From the human T2T-CHM13v2.0 reference genome, Homo sapiens, in the NCBI RefSeq assembly GCF_009914755.1, contig NC_060932.1: DNA of 64,000 nucleotides; one strand, 5' to 3'. A program made the position numbers and the translations under genes. Under the pieces are notes generated by a model. The model had not been told where the DNA came from. It searched no databases and saw only the letters and a list, made by a program, of their open reading frames with translations. Every line of letters starts with the position of its first letter. Within the stretch, counting starts at the first letter, position 1. This document shows positions 33,451-48,400 of this stretch, piece after piece.

Positions 33451-34829
33451 TCCCCTCCCCACAAATAAATAAAAATAAATAAAACTCCAGACTTTTATGG
33501 AGACTGTTGATGATGGGGATGATGATGAGCTTCGGTACATAAGGCAAATGCGTAATACATTTTGGGATATTACTGTTACAGTTACAGTTCTGAAAATGGT
33601 GACATTTGAGACTTTGTCTATTTGAAAGGATCAAGTCTGGATTAAAATGGGAATGGCTCCAGTATAGCCAGAGAGCAGTTGTGCCAAAGAAACAGTTCAG
33701 CACCTCCCATAGTGGTGACCAGAGAGGTGGGACTGGATTAAGGTAGGATTGCGAGAGGAGGCTGCCTTTCTCCTCCGGGCCACTCACCATCTGCCACCTC
33801 ACTGCACTCATGCTCCCGTTTAAACAATTTCCAGTTGAGATCCCTTAAAATAAAGCTTAATATGTTCACATCTGGTGGTTTTCCTGCCCTAGTTTATGCT
33901 TAGCTTTGGCCTGCATTTTTAAAAAACGATTCTGTGATTGCTTTGTGTTGCTCTGGAAGAGTTTTTGGATCAGGGATTTATGCCTCTCTTTGATTGCATT
34001 GTGATTGCATTTGCAAGTGACAGAACAGAGAAGAAATCTGTAATCTGTTTTTGCCCTGTGTCTGTGGGTATCAGCTCCGGCTGCAGATCAACACAAGCAT
34101 AGCAACTTTTTAATAGGAAAGATTGCTAATCCTGGATCCAAACCTACAGAACAGAAGCTCCAGGCCTAAGGTTGGGCATTTAGTTTTAAAATATCACCAG
34201 GTGATTCTGACGTGCAGCCGGGATCATTGATACAGGTGATTTACAAAAGGCCTATCAGAAATCATCCATGTAGTATCTTTCTCTTGAAGAATCCCTTCTT
34301 GTGTGCTGACAGTTGAAGTTTTCATTCTAAATAGTCATAATTTTGAAATATCATCAAGAATAATGATTCAATAATACAAGTGTTCACAGGAATGATGGAG
34401 AAAAGCATTTGAACTGGGACTCGCATTCAGACTAATTTCCTAAAGGTAGGAACTAGCGGATTCTTATAGGAAGTCTGTTAAATTACAGTGTACTGAGGGA
34501 TGTACATTTCTCTCCTTCCCTCAAAGAATGAAAGAACATCTGTTCTGGAATTAGCCTGAGCTGGTTTTGAGTCCTGGCTCTACCAACTTCTTAGTTGGTA
34601 CAACCTTAGTTCCCACAACTGTAAAATGGGCCTAAAAATATTTTTCTTGCAGAATTGCAATACTTTTGGAGCAATAAATCATGTCTGGCACATAATAACT
34701 GCTGATAAATGATAGTTTTTCCTCTTTTGGGTATAAGAAAGCTCCTAGAATTTCTATGTAGTCTGGAACGCTTTGGGGCATTCTTTTCAGGGACCTCGTC
34801 ACCACGTATTGAATGAGGGTCCTGCCTCT

Positions 34830-35290
34830 AGCCAGGTGCAGTGGCTTGTGCCTGTCGTCCCGGCTACTAAGGAGGCTGAAGGGGGAGGATCGCTTGAGCC
34901 CAGGAGTTTGAGATCAGTTTGGGCAACATAGTAAGTCCCTGTCTCTACAAAAAATTTAAAATAAATTAGCCAGGTATAGTGGTGTGTACTTACAGTCTTA
35001 GCTACTCAGGAGGCTGAGGCAGGAGGATTACTTGAGAGCCCAGGAAGTTTAGGCTGCAGTGAGCCATGATCATGCCTAAGTGAGAGTGAAAGACCCTTTT
35101 TCAAAAAGGAAGAAAGAAAGAGAGCGAGAGAGAGAGAAAGGAGGGAAGGAAGGAAAGAAGGAAGGAAGGAAAGAAGGAAGGAAGAAGGAAGGAAGGAAGG
35201 GAGGGAGGGATGGATAGGAGGAAGGAAGGAGGTAGCAGGAGGGAGGGAGAGAGAAAGGAAGGAAAAAAAAGAAAAGAAAGAAAAGAAAAA
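34830..35290 (+). mobile_element. AluJ with (GGAA/GAAA)n purine-rich tail (~35105-35290)
   Basis: Alu arms followed by ~185-bp polypurine microsatellite. Confidence 0.85.
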
Positions 35291-37228
35291 GTTCTCACTT
35301 TTACTGGGTTCTGTTTCAAGGCATCAACTGTTTTTTTTCCCGGTTCAATTTTCCCATTTGATATTTTTCCTGAGCATTTAAAGGTGGGAACAAAATAATT
35401 TTACCCTTCTGGAAAGTAGCTACTTCTCGTGTCCAGACAGTGGGGTAAAACATCCCAGTTTAACCAAAGCAAGCACTGGGGCCAGGCTGTATCTTCTCCC
35501 TCCCCTCCCTATGTAAAGAAACCTTAGATTTCTAGACCAGCCAGGCACTGCCTCCCCTACCCTCTGATCTTCACACAATCCTGTCCTGCCACAGCTGTCC
35601 GCCTCATCAGGGAAAACAATCAGTTCTCTGCTCTTCTTGCCTCACCTCCACTCTGGCTGATTTTAATTTTAATTGCTGTTCTGAACCTTGGGGCTTTCTC
35701 TAGCATGGATGCCTTTGAACAAAGCTCTTCCTTTGCAAAAACTCTCCCAGAAGAGTTACAAACCTCTGCAACTAAGTGAATTGGATATCTTGATTAGACT
35801 TGTTCCTTTTTCTTTGACAGGGCAAAATCCCTCTCTGAGGAAGAAGGGAGGAGCCTGCATTGATTAACATATTGCCATTCCTGAATGAATTTACATTCAT
35901 GAATTATAATATTGGACCATTCCTCTGAATTTTATTCAAAAAAGCTGCTACCTGGTATTATGCAAATATCCCTGCACCCTACAGTGAAGTGTGTGTTTGT
36001 TAAACACAGTAGTTGTGACAATTTTGCAGGACTGATGGAAATTCTAGAAGATGAGAGGAGTTTACCAGATGGGGAAGGGTAGGAGTGGAGTGGGTAGGTG
36101 TCTGGGTAAAAAACCTTCCTATGAGAACACTTTGGATGGAACGTTAAAAGTGTGGGTAAAATGAATAAAGAAGAAGGAAAAGGCAGAAATCAGCAGAGCA
36201 GATTGATTTGCAGGGCTTGAATGGATGAGTACCTGACCAATGGTTTGGACTGAGACTAAGAACAGAGCTGTAAGTCATATTAAGAAAGTGAAGTGCATTA
36301 AACCTGAGACTGTTTGGCCCAACAGTGGTGGGACAAAATGAATGAGGTGGCTTAGGATAAGGAAGTACCCCAAAATCTACTTTGGAATAGCACTTGTCTC
36401 TTCTTGTTTACAAAAATGGATCTGACACCATGAAGTGAATTTCTAAAGCAAGGGAAGAGATAGTGAGAGATGGCAAGAGAGAAAGAGGGAGAGAGTGATG
36501 GAGGAAGAGATGACTGAGAGACAGAGTTGAAGACAGAAGTACAGAGAGGTCAACAGAGAGAAAGAGACACAGAGATTAATGGATATAATATTTCATAGGA
36601 AAACTAAAAATAATGAAGTTTTGAATTTGGGAAAATTTAGAGAAGAGATAGAAAGGGATATTTACTGACCCCCACTGCATATCCGGATAACATATATATA
36701 TGGTTTATAATATAACAGCCAGGAACTCCATCTTCTCCATAATTAATGCAATAGGAAGAATAGAGCAACCAGGGATGATTACATGAGTGACAGCAAACAC
36801 AGCAGAAAAACTCTGACTTACAGGTGGGTAGCACATACTAGGTTCTGTCTCAGGTCTGCTGGAACTTCAATTTTCCTTATCTGCCAAAAAGTGTTGCTGG
36901 GCAGATGAGAGGAAAGATTTGAGTTGGCTCTTAAGAAGTCCATGGGTCTCAAACAGTGTGCAAAGATACACTGGTATCCCTCAAGCCCTTCTCGAGGAGG
37001 TCCCCTCTGTACTGTGAGTCTAAATGGGCACAAGATATTTGCCAGATTTTCAAATCCAGTTCAACACTTAGGCTAATAGGAAAACAATTTGCTATGGGCA
37101 AACTCTTGGGAAAAAAAAATCATGTGTTTACTGGGACATGTGAGAACTTTGTCTCTTGAACTGTCAGGACTGTACACAGTTCTTTTCAATCCTGACTCAG
37201 AGTTGAAAGCGATAGGGGTGGGAATTGA

Positions 37229-37877
<649 letters not shown>

Positions 37878-38261
37878 TGGGTGCTTTTAAAGGCAATGTG
37901 AAGTGCTGCAATGGTTGACAGCTTGCTTTGTGTTGGTTGGCATCTTTTAATATCTTCAAATATTGCACCAAAATGACCACAAAAGTGTAGGAGCACTCAA
38001 TAAAGGTAGCGCTATGACTTCTCGAGGTTCCTATTGGTTCTCACACATCAAAAATCTCTGGGAGGGCTTCATCCTTCTTTGATTTCATTACCATGTCCCC
38101 TGACACATGGGGGTGTTCTGGCCCCTGCCCATGACTGTCTTGTGTTTTTTCACTTTAAAGCTTGCACCTAACTTGCATTGTCTGGTGTTTTCACATTTTC
38201 GTTGTGTTAATCTAGAGGGCATGCTTCCCCATCTTTCATCCTATTTATGTTGGTTTGATTG

Positions 38262-39069
38262 TGTGGTAGGAAGAATAAAGTGTGCCCTCACCTCCCTCCC
38301 CACTGGCCGCCAAAGATGTCTACATCCTAATCCTCAGAATCTGTGAGTGTTATAATGCACGGCAAAAGGAGAATTAAAGTTGCAGATGGAATTAAAGTTG
38401 CTCATCAGCTGACTTTAACAAGAATTATCCTGGTTTATCTTATGTTAACACAAAGGACCTTAGAAGATGGAGGCAGAAGCGTAGGTCAGAGGTACTCAAT
38501 GTCAGAAGGACCCAACCGGCCTCGCTGGCTTTGAAGATACAGGAAGGTGCAGTTTGAGGGTGTTCTTGTAGACACGGAGACCGATTCTTCCCTAGAGCCT
38601 CCGGAAGGAACACAGTCCTGCTGATGCCTCGATTTTAGCCCAGTGAGACCCATTTCTGACTTCCAATTTCCAGAATTGAAAGATAATAAGTTGTATTGTT
38701 TAAGCCACTAAGTTTGGGCCAGCCACGGTGGCTCATGCCTGTACTCCCAGCACTTTGGGAGACCTGGGTGGGCGGATCTCTTGAGGTCAGGAGTTTGAGA
38801 CCACCCTAGCCAACATGGTGAAACCCTGTCTCTACTAAAAAAAAATACAAAAAATAAGCTGGGCGTAGGGCACGCGCCTATAATCCCAAGCTGAGGCAGG
38901 CGGATCGCTTGAACCTGGCAGGCAGGGGTTGCAGTGAGCCAAGACGGTGTCACTGCAGTCCAGCCTGGGCGACAGAGTGAGACTCCGTCTCAAACAAACA
39001 AACAAACAAACAAACAAACAAACCACCGGATTTGTGGTGATTTGTGACAGCAGTCATAGGAAACATATA
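38262..39069 (+). mobile_element. MLT1D/E-like LTR split by an AluS (+, 38717-39021)
   Basis: CAAAGATGTCTACATCCTAATCC...TTGCAGATGGAATTAAAGTTG...TTTAAGCCACTAAGTTTG. Confidence 0.85.
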
Positions 39070-39790
39070 ATTTGCATCTCCTATAATGTTAGCTTGGTCA
39101 ATATCACAGCATCAGGTAGAAGCCATGGGCCAGGAAATGAGCTCCTACTGGCCACAGAGGTCCTGGCTGGCACCTTCCTGCCAGGACTCTCCTTGCAGGG
39201 GGGTGAGGGGGAAAAGACCACGATGCTGAGGAGCTCTGCTGGGAAAAGCATGAGCTATGTCCCCAAGGACCTTCCTCATCTTTGCACACCTTCCAGCACA
39301 TTCTACGCACTTGTCATGGGCTCACTTCCTGTTTGGGTCATTTACTTACCAGAAATGTCTCTCCTTTTCTGAGATTAAGTCTGCTTGACCATGTAGAGAG
39401 AAGCTGTTCAGTAAACACATACCAAGGTTTCATTTTGAAAAGCTTCATGTGGGAGCTGAGGTTGGAAACCTAAAAGACCCCCAAGTTTAGCAGTGGTTTA
39501 GTGAATAAGTAACTGTGAAATGTCCCAGGAATATGCTTGGCTTTCAAAAACTAGTATTTAAAATATCTAGTCTTCTCTCTAAAAGATGGAAGAGAAATTA
39601 GTTTTGAAAATCCTTTTGGCTAAAAGCCTACTGTTCTGACATATTCTTCCTCCTGGGACTCACTTTCCTAGAACTGCCTGTCTCTGGTACCTTGTATCTG
39701 GAACTCTCCTGAGGTTTATTTGCATTGTTGAATTCCTGCCTTAGGGTTATTGAAGAGTAATGAATTGAATGTTTGAGTTGTTTGTGGTAA

Positions 39791-40100
<310 letters not shown>

Positions 40101-41690
40101 AGTAAGTTATTAATTCCATCAGTGAGAGAGACAGCTCTGTGGTTAACGGCACTCATAGGACCATACAGAAGTGTGAAAAGAGGGATCTCAGCTTATCGAA
40201 TAGAATTTCAGCCACTGCTGAATTACCTTTGGATGGTCCACAAAGAAGTTGCAGAGATACTCTCCTAGGAGAAACAGCCCCATGAGCCACTTCAGGATGG
40301 CTTGGCTTTCAGTGAGTTGCTGATAAATATCAGATTTCTGTAAAAATCGAATTTGAAATGGTTTACATATAAAATAGAAGCCTAAATTATCGATCCTGGA
40401 GTGTACAGCGAAAGGAGAGAAAATTACACCAGCAATTACATTACAATGTAATAAATGGTAAATCCAGGTGGCCTCTCCTCTCTCTCTCTTTCAATTTCCC
40501 TCTCTCTCTTCTCTCTCTTTTTCCCAGTTTTTCTTCTCTCTGCAGAGACCAAAAGCTGCTTGAAGACATATGATATGTTTTACTTCTCTTTTTTCCCCTC
40601 AGGGCCTTGCCTTGTAGGGGCTCAATATGGCTTTATTATTTTACCCTTAGCTGTTTGTCTTTTCAGAAAGTATTTTATGTGTTCTTCTTTAGGTTGGGAG
40701 GAGGGTGACTTCTTGGTATTTCAGAAGGACTCCAGAACACAATGCAGTAAGTGTTGCACTGAGAAACATCACGTAGCAGGGAAGATTTAAGGGCCAGGCC
40801 TTCAGGATCTCTTGTGATTAGACGCCTAAGCCTATTTGTAAGGCCGTGGGAGTACTTCGCCAGGCACGGAGAAGAATGCTGGAGCTAACAAGAAAGCCCT
40901 TTTCTGCTGTGTACTATATGTCATAACGTTAAAAAAAGGGGGGAGGGACATGATGAAAAAGAAAGGCCTGGAACTTAAGAGAGATTCTGTTCCCAAGTGG
41001 AAGGCATGTTTTTTCTTATTGCTGTAAGCGGTGGCAGGCGTCCCCAGGCCAGCAACAAACATCCGGGAGCTTTGGTATTAGGCAGGATGTTAGCATGCCA
41101 GCCTCATGGAGAAAAGGAACAATGGCTGTTTAATTTGCTTTTTATAGCAAAGCCCATTTGGGACGAATGAAGACAGGAGGATCTTAGAAGAGCTTCCTTT
41201 CCCGGAGGGTTGGCCCATCTGCTCCATGGAGAGGAGAGTGTGCTGACTCAGGAAGCCGAGCCAGCCAGGCCCTGAGCGGTGCCTCTGCCAGGACGCTGGC
41301 CCACGCGGCCACTGCACAAATGGTGTGCAGAGTGCAGGAGGCACATTAGGGCTCTTAAGGATGGGACAACTGACTTCTGTCCGGGGATTACTGAGACATA
41401 TGTTCCGTGACCACCATAAGGATGCTTTCTCTAACAAAGCCTCTTTTATGGGGTATTGTTGGAGGAACGAAAAATATACAAACTCCTCTCTGCAAGGGAT
41501 TAAACATTTAAGGAAATGTGACCAAACTGTTTCTAAGCATCATATATCTTTGTGCTTTTTAAAGCAGAAAACAGGGAACAAAATACAAACCTCTATGAAT
41601 GCTTTGGGTTATTAATACGAAGATCAAGTTTTAAGCATAACCAATGATCATAACTACTATTTTATTTTGGTGTTCAAAACACTGTATTGT

Positions 41691-42016
<326 letters not shown>

Positions 42017-43157
42017 AAACACTGTATTGAAACTTATAGAACTACATCAACCAGCTATAAACTGTGATGCTTTTTGAATTCATGAATTTATTTTTCATCA
42101 TCTTTCTCTTTCTTGCTGCTTTGACGTCGTTTCAGAGTCAGTCTCAGTATTTTCTTCCTTTTTTCTCTCCCACTCCTTTCTACTGAAACTAATAAATTAC
42201 TTCGTTATGGTCGTATATGAGGGCAAGAATAAACAAGCTCTGGAAAGAACCTAATAAGTTTCCTATAAACTTAACCGATAGCTCTTCAGGCTGTTCCCAG
42301 GCTTGTTTTTGTTTTCTTCTTACATCAATGTTTCTGCCTGTCTTGCGGAGGATGCTGCAGTGGTGACCTCCAGATAAGGAAGGCATTTTAGGCTGTGACA
42401 GGTGAGCAGGCATCTTCCCTGAATGGCTCTGATTAGGTTGAGAGTTCGAGGGCACAGACAAGATCTGGCTGAGAAAAGGACCTCTCTGTTGGGAGCTCAG
42501 CCCCCAAACTCAGTGACATTTGGCACACTGGATGCTGGTGTTTTCTCTCTGTATGGGCTGAGGCAAAATCAGCTGAGGCGCCCTATCTTTTCCTCATATT
42601 TTTGCTTAGATGCAATGCACGTATTCCAAGTGAGTCCCTACACAAGATAATGATTGTTTCAGAACCTTAGATGACATCATTTGGAGATTTGTTGAGTGGC
42701 TATCAACCACCCCAACTGCTGTTGATAAAGAAGAGATAACAGAGTGAAAATATTTGTCATATGAGTTTCACTATTTTTTTTAGTCATATATGTTCTGATG
42801 TGGTAGTGGGAGTAAAGAACTGTCTTATGACTGCTCTAGATATCAGAGATGGAAAATTCTTAGCTCATTCATTACCCTTCAAGACTCATATGCCATACGG
42901 CTTTCTGTTGATCTTCTGGGCTGATTTCATCTGCACCTGCTTCCTTCTCAGGAGATACTAAGTGATAAATGATCTCAGGGCTGGAGAGATATTTCAAAGG
43001 AATCACATCCAGTGGTGCCATTCCTATTTCATTTGGCCATATTCCTTTAGTGGGTGAGGTTTTCCCAGGCTATCAGTCATTCATTTAGTTCTGAGTCTCA
43101 TGAAACCCAGAGCTAGTCATTTGACAACATTCCTGTGCCTCAATTTCCCTTCTTTAA

Positions 43158-44275
<1,118 letters not shown>

Positions 44276-44684
44276 GTTCGGTATAATGGATGTGTCTTTC
44301 CGTTTTAAAGAGTATTGTGTAATATTTTAGAGCTGAGTGAATATCTGCTTTAAACAACATGAGAGATACAGGTAGTCATAGTGGTGCCAACCAAAAATAT
44401 GAATAGTCTTTTTTTCTTTCATGGACTAGGAGGTTCAAGTAAACTTCAGAAGATCAGATGGTGATCTTATGAATCACAAGAGACCATAGATGCAAGGACA
44501 ACGGCAGGTCAGGGCAGTCAGATATGAAAGGCAGGGCTCCTAGAATGAGCAAAATCAGCACCCAAGGGGTGTGAAAACTAGAATGACTGTGTCCGATGAA
44601 TAACTCATTCTACATTGAGAGAAATTTTATCTGTGAGTCCAAGTAGCTTCCAGGATTCATTAAGAACTTTTAAAAGATGTCATG

Positions 44685-44769
44685 GAGATTGAGTTGCTCT
44701 TCAGAGATTGAGCTGGTATTTAGAGATTGAGTTGGTATTTAGAGATTGAGCTGGTATTTAGAGATTGAG
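44685..44769 (+). repeat. 19-bp tandem repeat x4.5
   Basis: GAGATTGAG(C/T)TGGTATTTA. Confidence 0.9.
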
Positions 44770-45102
44770 GCACATTAAGAAAGATGTTGAAATGAAGAAA
44801 GGGTTTGTTGTAATGACAAGTGCTAACAGGAAGGTGGTGGCAGCTTGAAGGAGAGTTGACAAATCTGTCATTATCTTTCCAGTCTTGTCCAAGGCAGAGG
44901 GCGTTCTTGCCAGACAGCATGTGCGTTCCAGGGTGCTTGGCAGACTCTCTCAGTGAAGGAGCTTCGGCATGAAAAAGTCCCCATCAGGCGGATCCCACGC
45001 CCTCTGCACAGCTTGTGTAAGGGCACAGCTTGTGTAAGGACAAAAACTAACCAGACACCTACTATGTAGAAGGCTCTTCAATGATTCTTCTGTAAAACAG
45101 AT

Positions 45103-45560
45103 TGTATTCATTTGCTAGGGCAGCAAAATACCACAGACTGAGTGGCTTAAACAACAGAAATTTATCTTCTCACAGCTCTGGAGGCTGGAAGTCCAAGATC
45201 AAGGTGCTGGGCGATTTGGTTTCCTTGGAGGCCTCTCTCCTTGACTTGCAGATAGTCACCCTCTTCCTCCCTCTTCACCTGGTCGTCCCCTGTGCGTGTG
45301 TGTGCCTGGTGTCTCTTCCTTTTCCATTCTGAACTTATGAAACAGATTTTGGTGGGTGTAGCAAGATCATGCAAGCTTTGGGACTTGAATGGATTGGAAT
45401 GTATTCCAGTTATATCAGATTAGAGTCCTACCCTAATGGCCTCATTTTAACTCAATCATCTCTTTAAAAACTTTATCTACAAATATACTTACATCCTGAA
45501 ATTTCGGAGGTTGGGACGTTGACATACGAATTTTGGGGTAACACAGTTCAGCCCATGATA
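45103..45560 (-). mobile_element. MLT1A/B-like LTR with a 77-bp insertion
   Basis: AATACCACAGACTGAGTGGCTTAAACAACAGAAATTTAT...CTGGAGGCTGGAAGTCCAAGATCAAGGTG. Confidence 0.85.
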
Positions 45561-45564
45561 TAGG

Positions 45565-46660
45565 CATTACCTATCTTACAGGTGAGGAAACTGAGGGGCG
45601 GTGAGGACATGTGACTTGCATAGGGTTAGTATGCCAGTTGAGAGTAGAATCTCTATCTCAGTTGAGTGTTCTTTACACAAAGAACACTTTGTCTCTTGAG
45701 GCGAAATGATGTATCCAGCTAGCGCCATCGAAGACATTTGGAAAACTCAGGTTTCTTCATGGCTTGCAAGATTACCTAGGTACTTCATGGGGAGTGGTGA
45801 GGGGCATGAGGGTGGTTGGGGGATGATCAGTGGAAGCAGTTTGGAGATTGGGGTCTGGAATCGGGGTGTGAGTCTTGGCTCTGTCATAGACTAGGTGTAT
45901 CGCCATTGTCAAGGCCTGCACAATCTAAGTTTATACCGATTAAGATTTATTAAGCAACAGTGCTAAGCACTGAACACATATCACCTCATCCCATGTTCAC
46001 AGCCAGCATATAAAGTGGATACTATTGCTATGTCTACTTTACAGTTGAGGAAAAGAGGCCCGGAGAGGTTAAGTGACTTACTCAAGGTCACGTAGCCAAT
46101 AAGGCCTAGAGCCAGGACTCAAACCCACGTCTGTGGATTTCAAAACCTATACAGTTAACCATGAACAGAATCAGGAATGGGGTTCGGGGTTACAAAAATC
46201 TGCTTTTATAAGAGAGAAAAAGTCTGAGTTTTAGTGTAAAATCTCAAGGATTTTCAATATTGAATAATTCAAGTTTCTTAAACAAAACTAAGCAGCTCAG
46301 ACAAATCATATCAGCTAGCCTCAGGTTCATACTGCATTGCCTCTTATCTGTAAAGTGGGAAAGGTGTTCTAGATAAACCTGCAGGGCATTGCCTGTCCTG
46401 ATTATGAACCTCTGATGCCATTTTGAACTTATGAAATAGATTTTGGTGACTGTGGTAAGATCATGCAAGCTTTGGGACTTGAATGGATTTGAATCTGCAC
46501 CTTGGCCCTTAGTAGCAATATAAGAAGGCAAATTGTTTAATCTTTCTGAACCCCAGTTTCCTTGTCTGGAAATTGGGACTTGTACTTTGTACGCTGATAT
46601 GAATATGGAGATAAAGTCTGTAAAGTGCCTGCTGGGCAGCTTGGTAGGCAGTGAGAAAAT
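45565..46660. mobile_element. Cluster of MIR fragments in both orientations
   Basis: TTACAGGTGAGGAAACTGAGG; AGAGGTTAAGTGACTTACTCAAGGTCAC; CCCCAGTTTCCTTGTCTGGAAATTGGG. Confidence 0.7.
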
Positions 46661-46946
46661 AACACCAACAAGATCGTGTTCTTCGCCATGGGATTGGGAG
46701 TCTATGAGTAGTGGGTGTATGTGAATATCTGGGGGGATGTGGACAGGGTTCCCACTCTGACAGCTCTCCCCACAAACCAAGGAGCTGCCATTTTAAACTT
46801 AAGTTTTGAAAACTTCAAGAGTTTCTTTACAAAAATGTCCACCATTGTTAGACAGACTGGTTAATACCTTTGCAGGAGTTAGATTCTATTATATTTATTT
46901 ACTCACTAGGAGAGCATTTAGTGAGTTTACAATGTGGCGAAAGAGG

Positions 46947-47125
46947 AGTGGTTCTCAAACCCTAATCTGCAACAAGAAACAGCCGGGAGCTTGCTTATAC
47001 TAAAGCTTCTGAGCTGCCACTCCCAGAGTCCAGCTTAGAGTGCCATAGGGCCAGGAATGTGCATTTGCACAGCTCTCTGGGGATGCTGATACAGGGGACC
47101 AAAGACTATCTACTGAGGCCCAGTG
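46947..47125. mobile_element. MER5A-like hAT element
   Basis: AGTGGTTCTCAAAC...GGGCCAGGAATGTGCATTT...GGGATGCTGAT. Confidence 0.6.
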
Positions 47126-47327
47126 TAACTTTACTGTGAGACAACTAAGTCACCTTCCCACCCGGAGATGCCTCCTGAGCTGACCACAGGGCGGCCACAC
47201 CTGGGTAAGCCACCACTCAGGGTGGGACTGGGGCAGGCACAGCCAGGCGGGTGAGGAAGTGGGCGGGAAGAGCCTGTTTTAACCAGATAAAATTCCAAAA
47301 TTCCTTACAGTGAGCCAGCCATTTGCT

Positions 47328-47652
47328 CTTTTTTTTTTTTTTTTTGAGTCTCCCTCTGTTGCCCAGCCTAGAGTGCAGCGGTGTAATCACATAGCTCACT
47401 GCAGCCTGGAGCTCCTGGACTCCAGTGATCCTCCCACCTCAGCCTCCGGAGTAGCTGGGACTAAGTCACATACCCACAAGCCCAGCTAATTGTTAAGTTT
47501 TTTGTTGGGGTGGTGGTGGCGGTGGGGTGTGTATCTCACTATGTTGCCCAGTCTGGTCTTGAACTCCTGGCCTCAAACGATCCTCCCGCCTCCGCCTCCG
47601 CCTCCGCCTCCTTAAGTCTTGGGATTACAGGAGTGAGCCACAACACCCGGCC
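47328..47652 (-). mobile_element. AluJ with internal (CCTCCG)n expansion
   Basis: ACATAGCTCACTGCAGCC; CGCCTCCGCCTCCGCCTCCGCCTCC at ~47587-47611. Confidence 0.9.
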
Positions 47653-47729
47653 CAGCCAGTTCATTCTTAATAACTTTAATACATAAAAATGGACCATTTT
47701 AGTGTCCTGAAATAAGCAATGATTTCCAC

Positions 47730-48400
47730 CATCCGAATATGGTGTGTAATGACCTCCAGACGCCTAGTTACCATCTACATCCATAGCTCAGCGATCAGAG
47801 CTTGCCCTGAACGGACTCCTTTCCCACTGCAGACAAGTAGGGGGTTTTGCCCGTAAAGAAGGAGCTAGTCTACGTGCGGCTGCAGTAGGCCCTGCGCCAT
47901 CCGTCATTTCTCGGCTTCCTCCCACGCGCCTTCATGCGGATGTGTAGGTATCTCCTCTCCCTGGCTGAGTCAAGTCACTCAGAGACTGAAAAGAGAGAGA
48001 GGATGTGGCGTGAAGCTGAAGCCTGCACCCAGGGCCTGGCACCTACTGGGTTGGGCTTGGCGCTGCGTGCTTGCATTTCCGCGGATAGACCGAGATGGCA
48101 TCTGGGCTGTGACACTGGCTGCCCAGCTTTTCTTTTCTTTTTTTCCAACAGCATCTGGAAGAGGCTCTGGGAGGGTCCAAACAACAAACCACGCGGCGTT
48201 CTCTGGTGGCTGTGCTGGGACGAGTGGGCGGAAACAGCCGCAGGTCTCTCTCTTCTCTTCAGCCTGAAACTCACTGCACAAATACCAGAGGTTTTTTTTA
48301 GAGATTAGATAAATTTGCATCCTTCTCCCCCCAACCCCGCCCCTAAGCCAGAGGAAGTGCTTGAGGAAGTAATGTGTTTAAAGAATGTGGGGGAGGGGAG
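47730..48400. promoter_or_regulatory. CpG-retaining unique segment, candidate promoter/enhancer
   Basis: About 25 CpGs in 47730-48260 by hand count; GATA, octamer, GC box and two PU.1/ETS motifs at 48307-48370; AP-1 at ~47966. Confidence 0.55.

Noticed and set aside
44685-44769. Short regular repeats resembling a CRISPR array (also 12444-12599)
   Set aside because: Head-to-tail tandem units without unique spacers, no cas genes, primate context.
46244-46780. Longest ORF in the window (178 aa); also 17535-18059, 33320-33811, 4262-4738 and 58891-59352
   Set aside because: They overlap MIR, Alu, L1 or LTR sequence, show no recognisable domain, and have lengths attainable by chance.
47760-47960. 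Possible first-exon splice donors (G/GTAACT on minus near 47770; AG/GTATCT on plus near 47948)
   Set aside because: Weak donors with no identifiable downstream exon; cannot be supported without transcript data.
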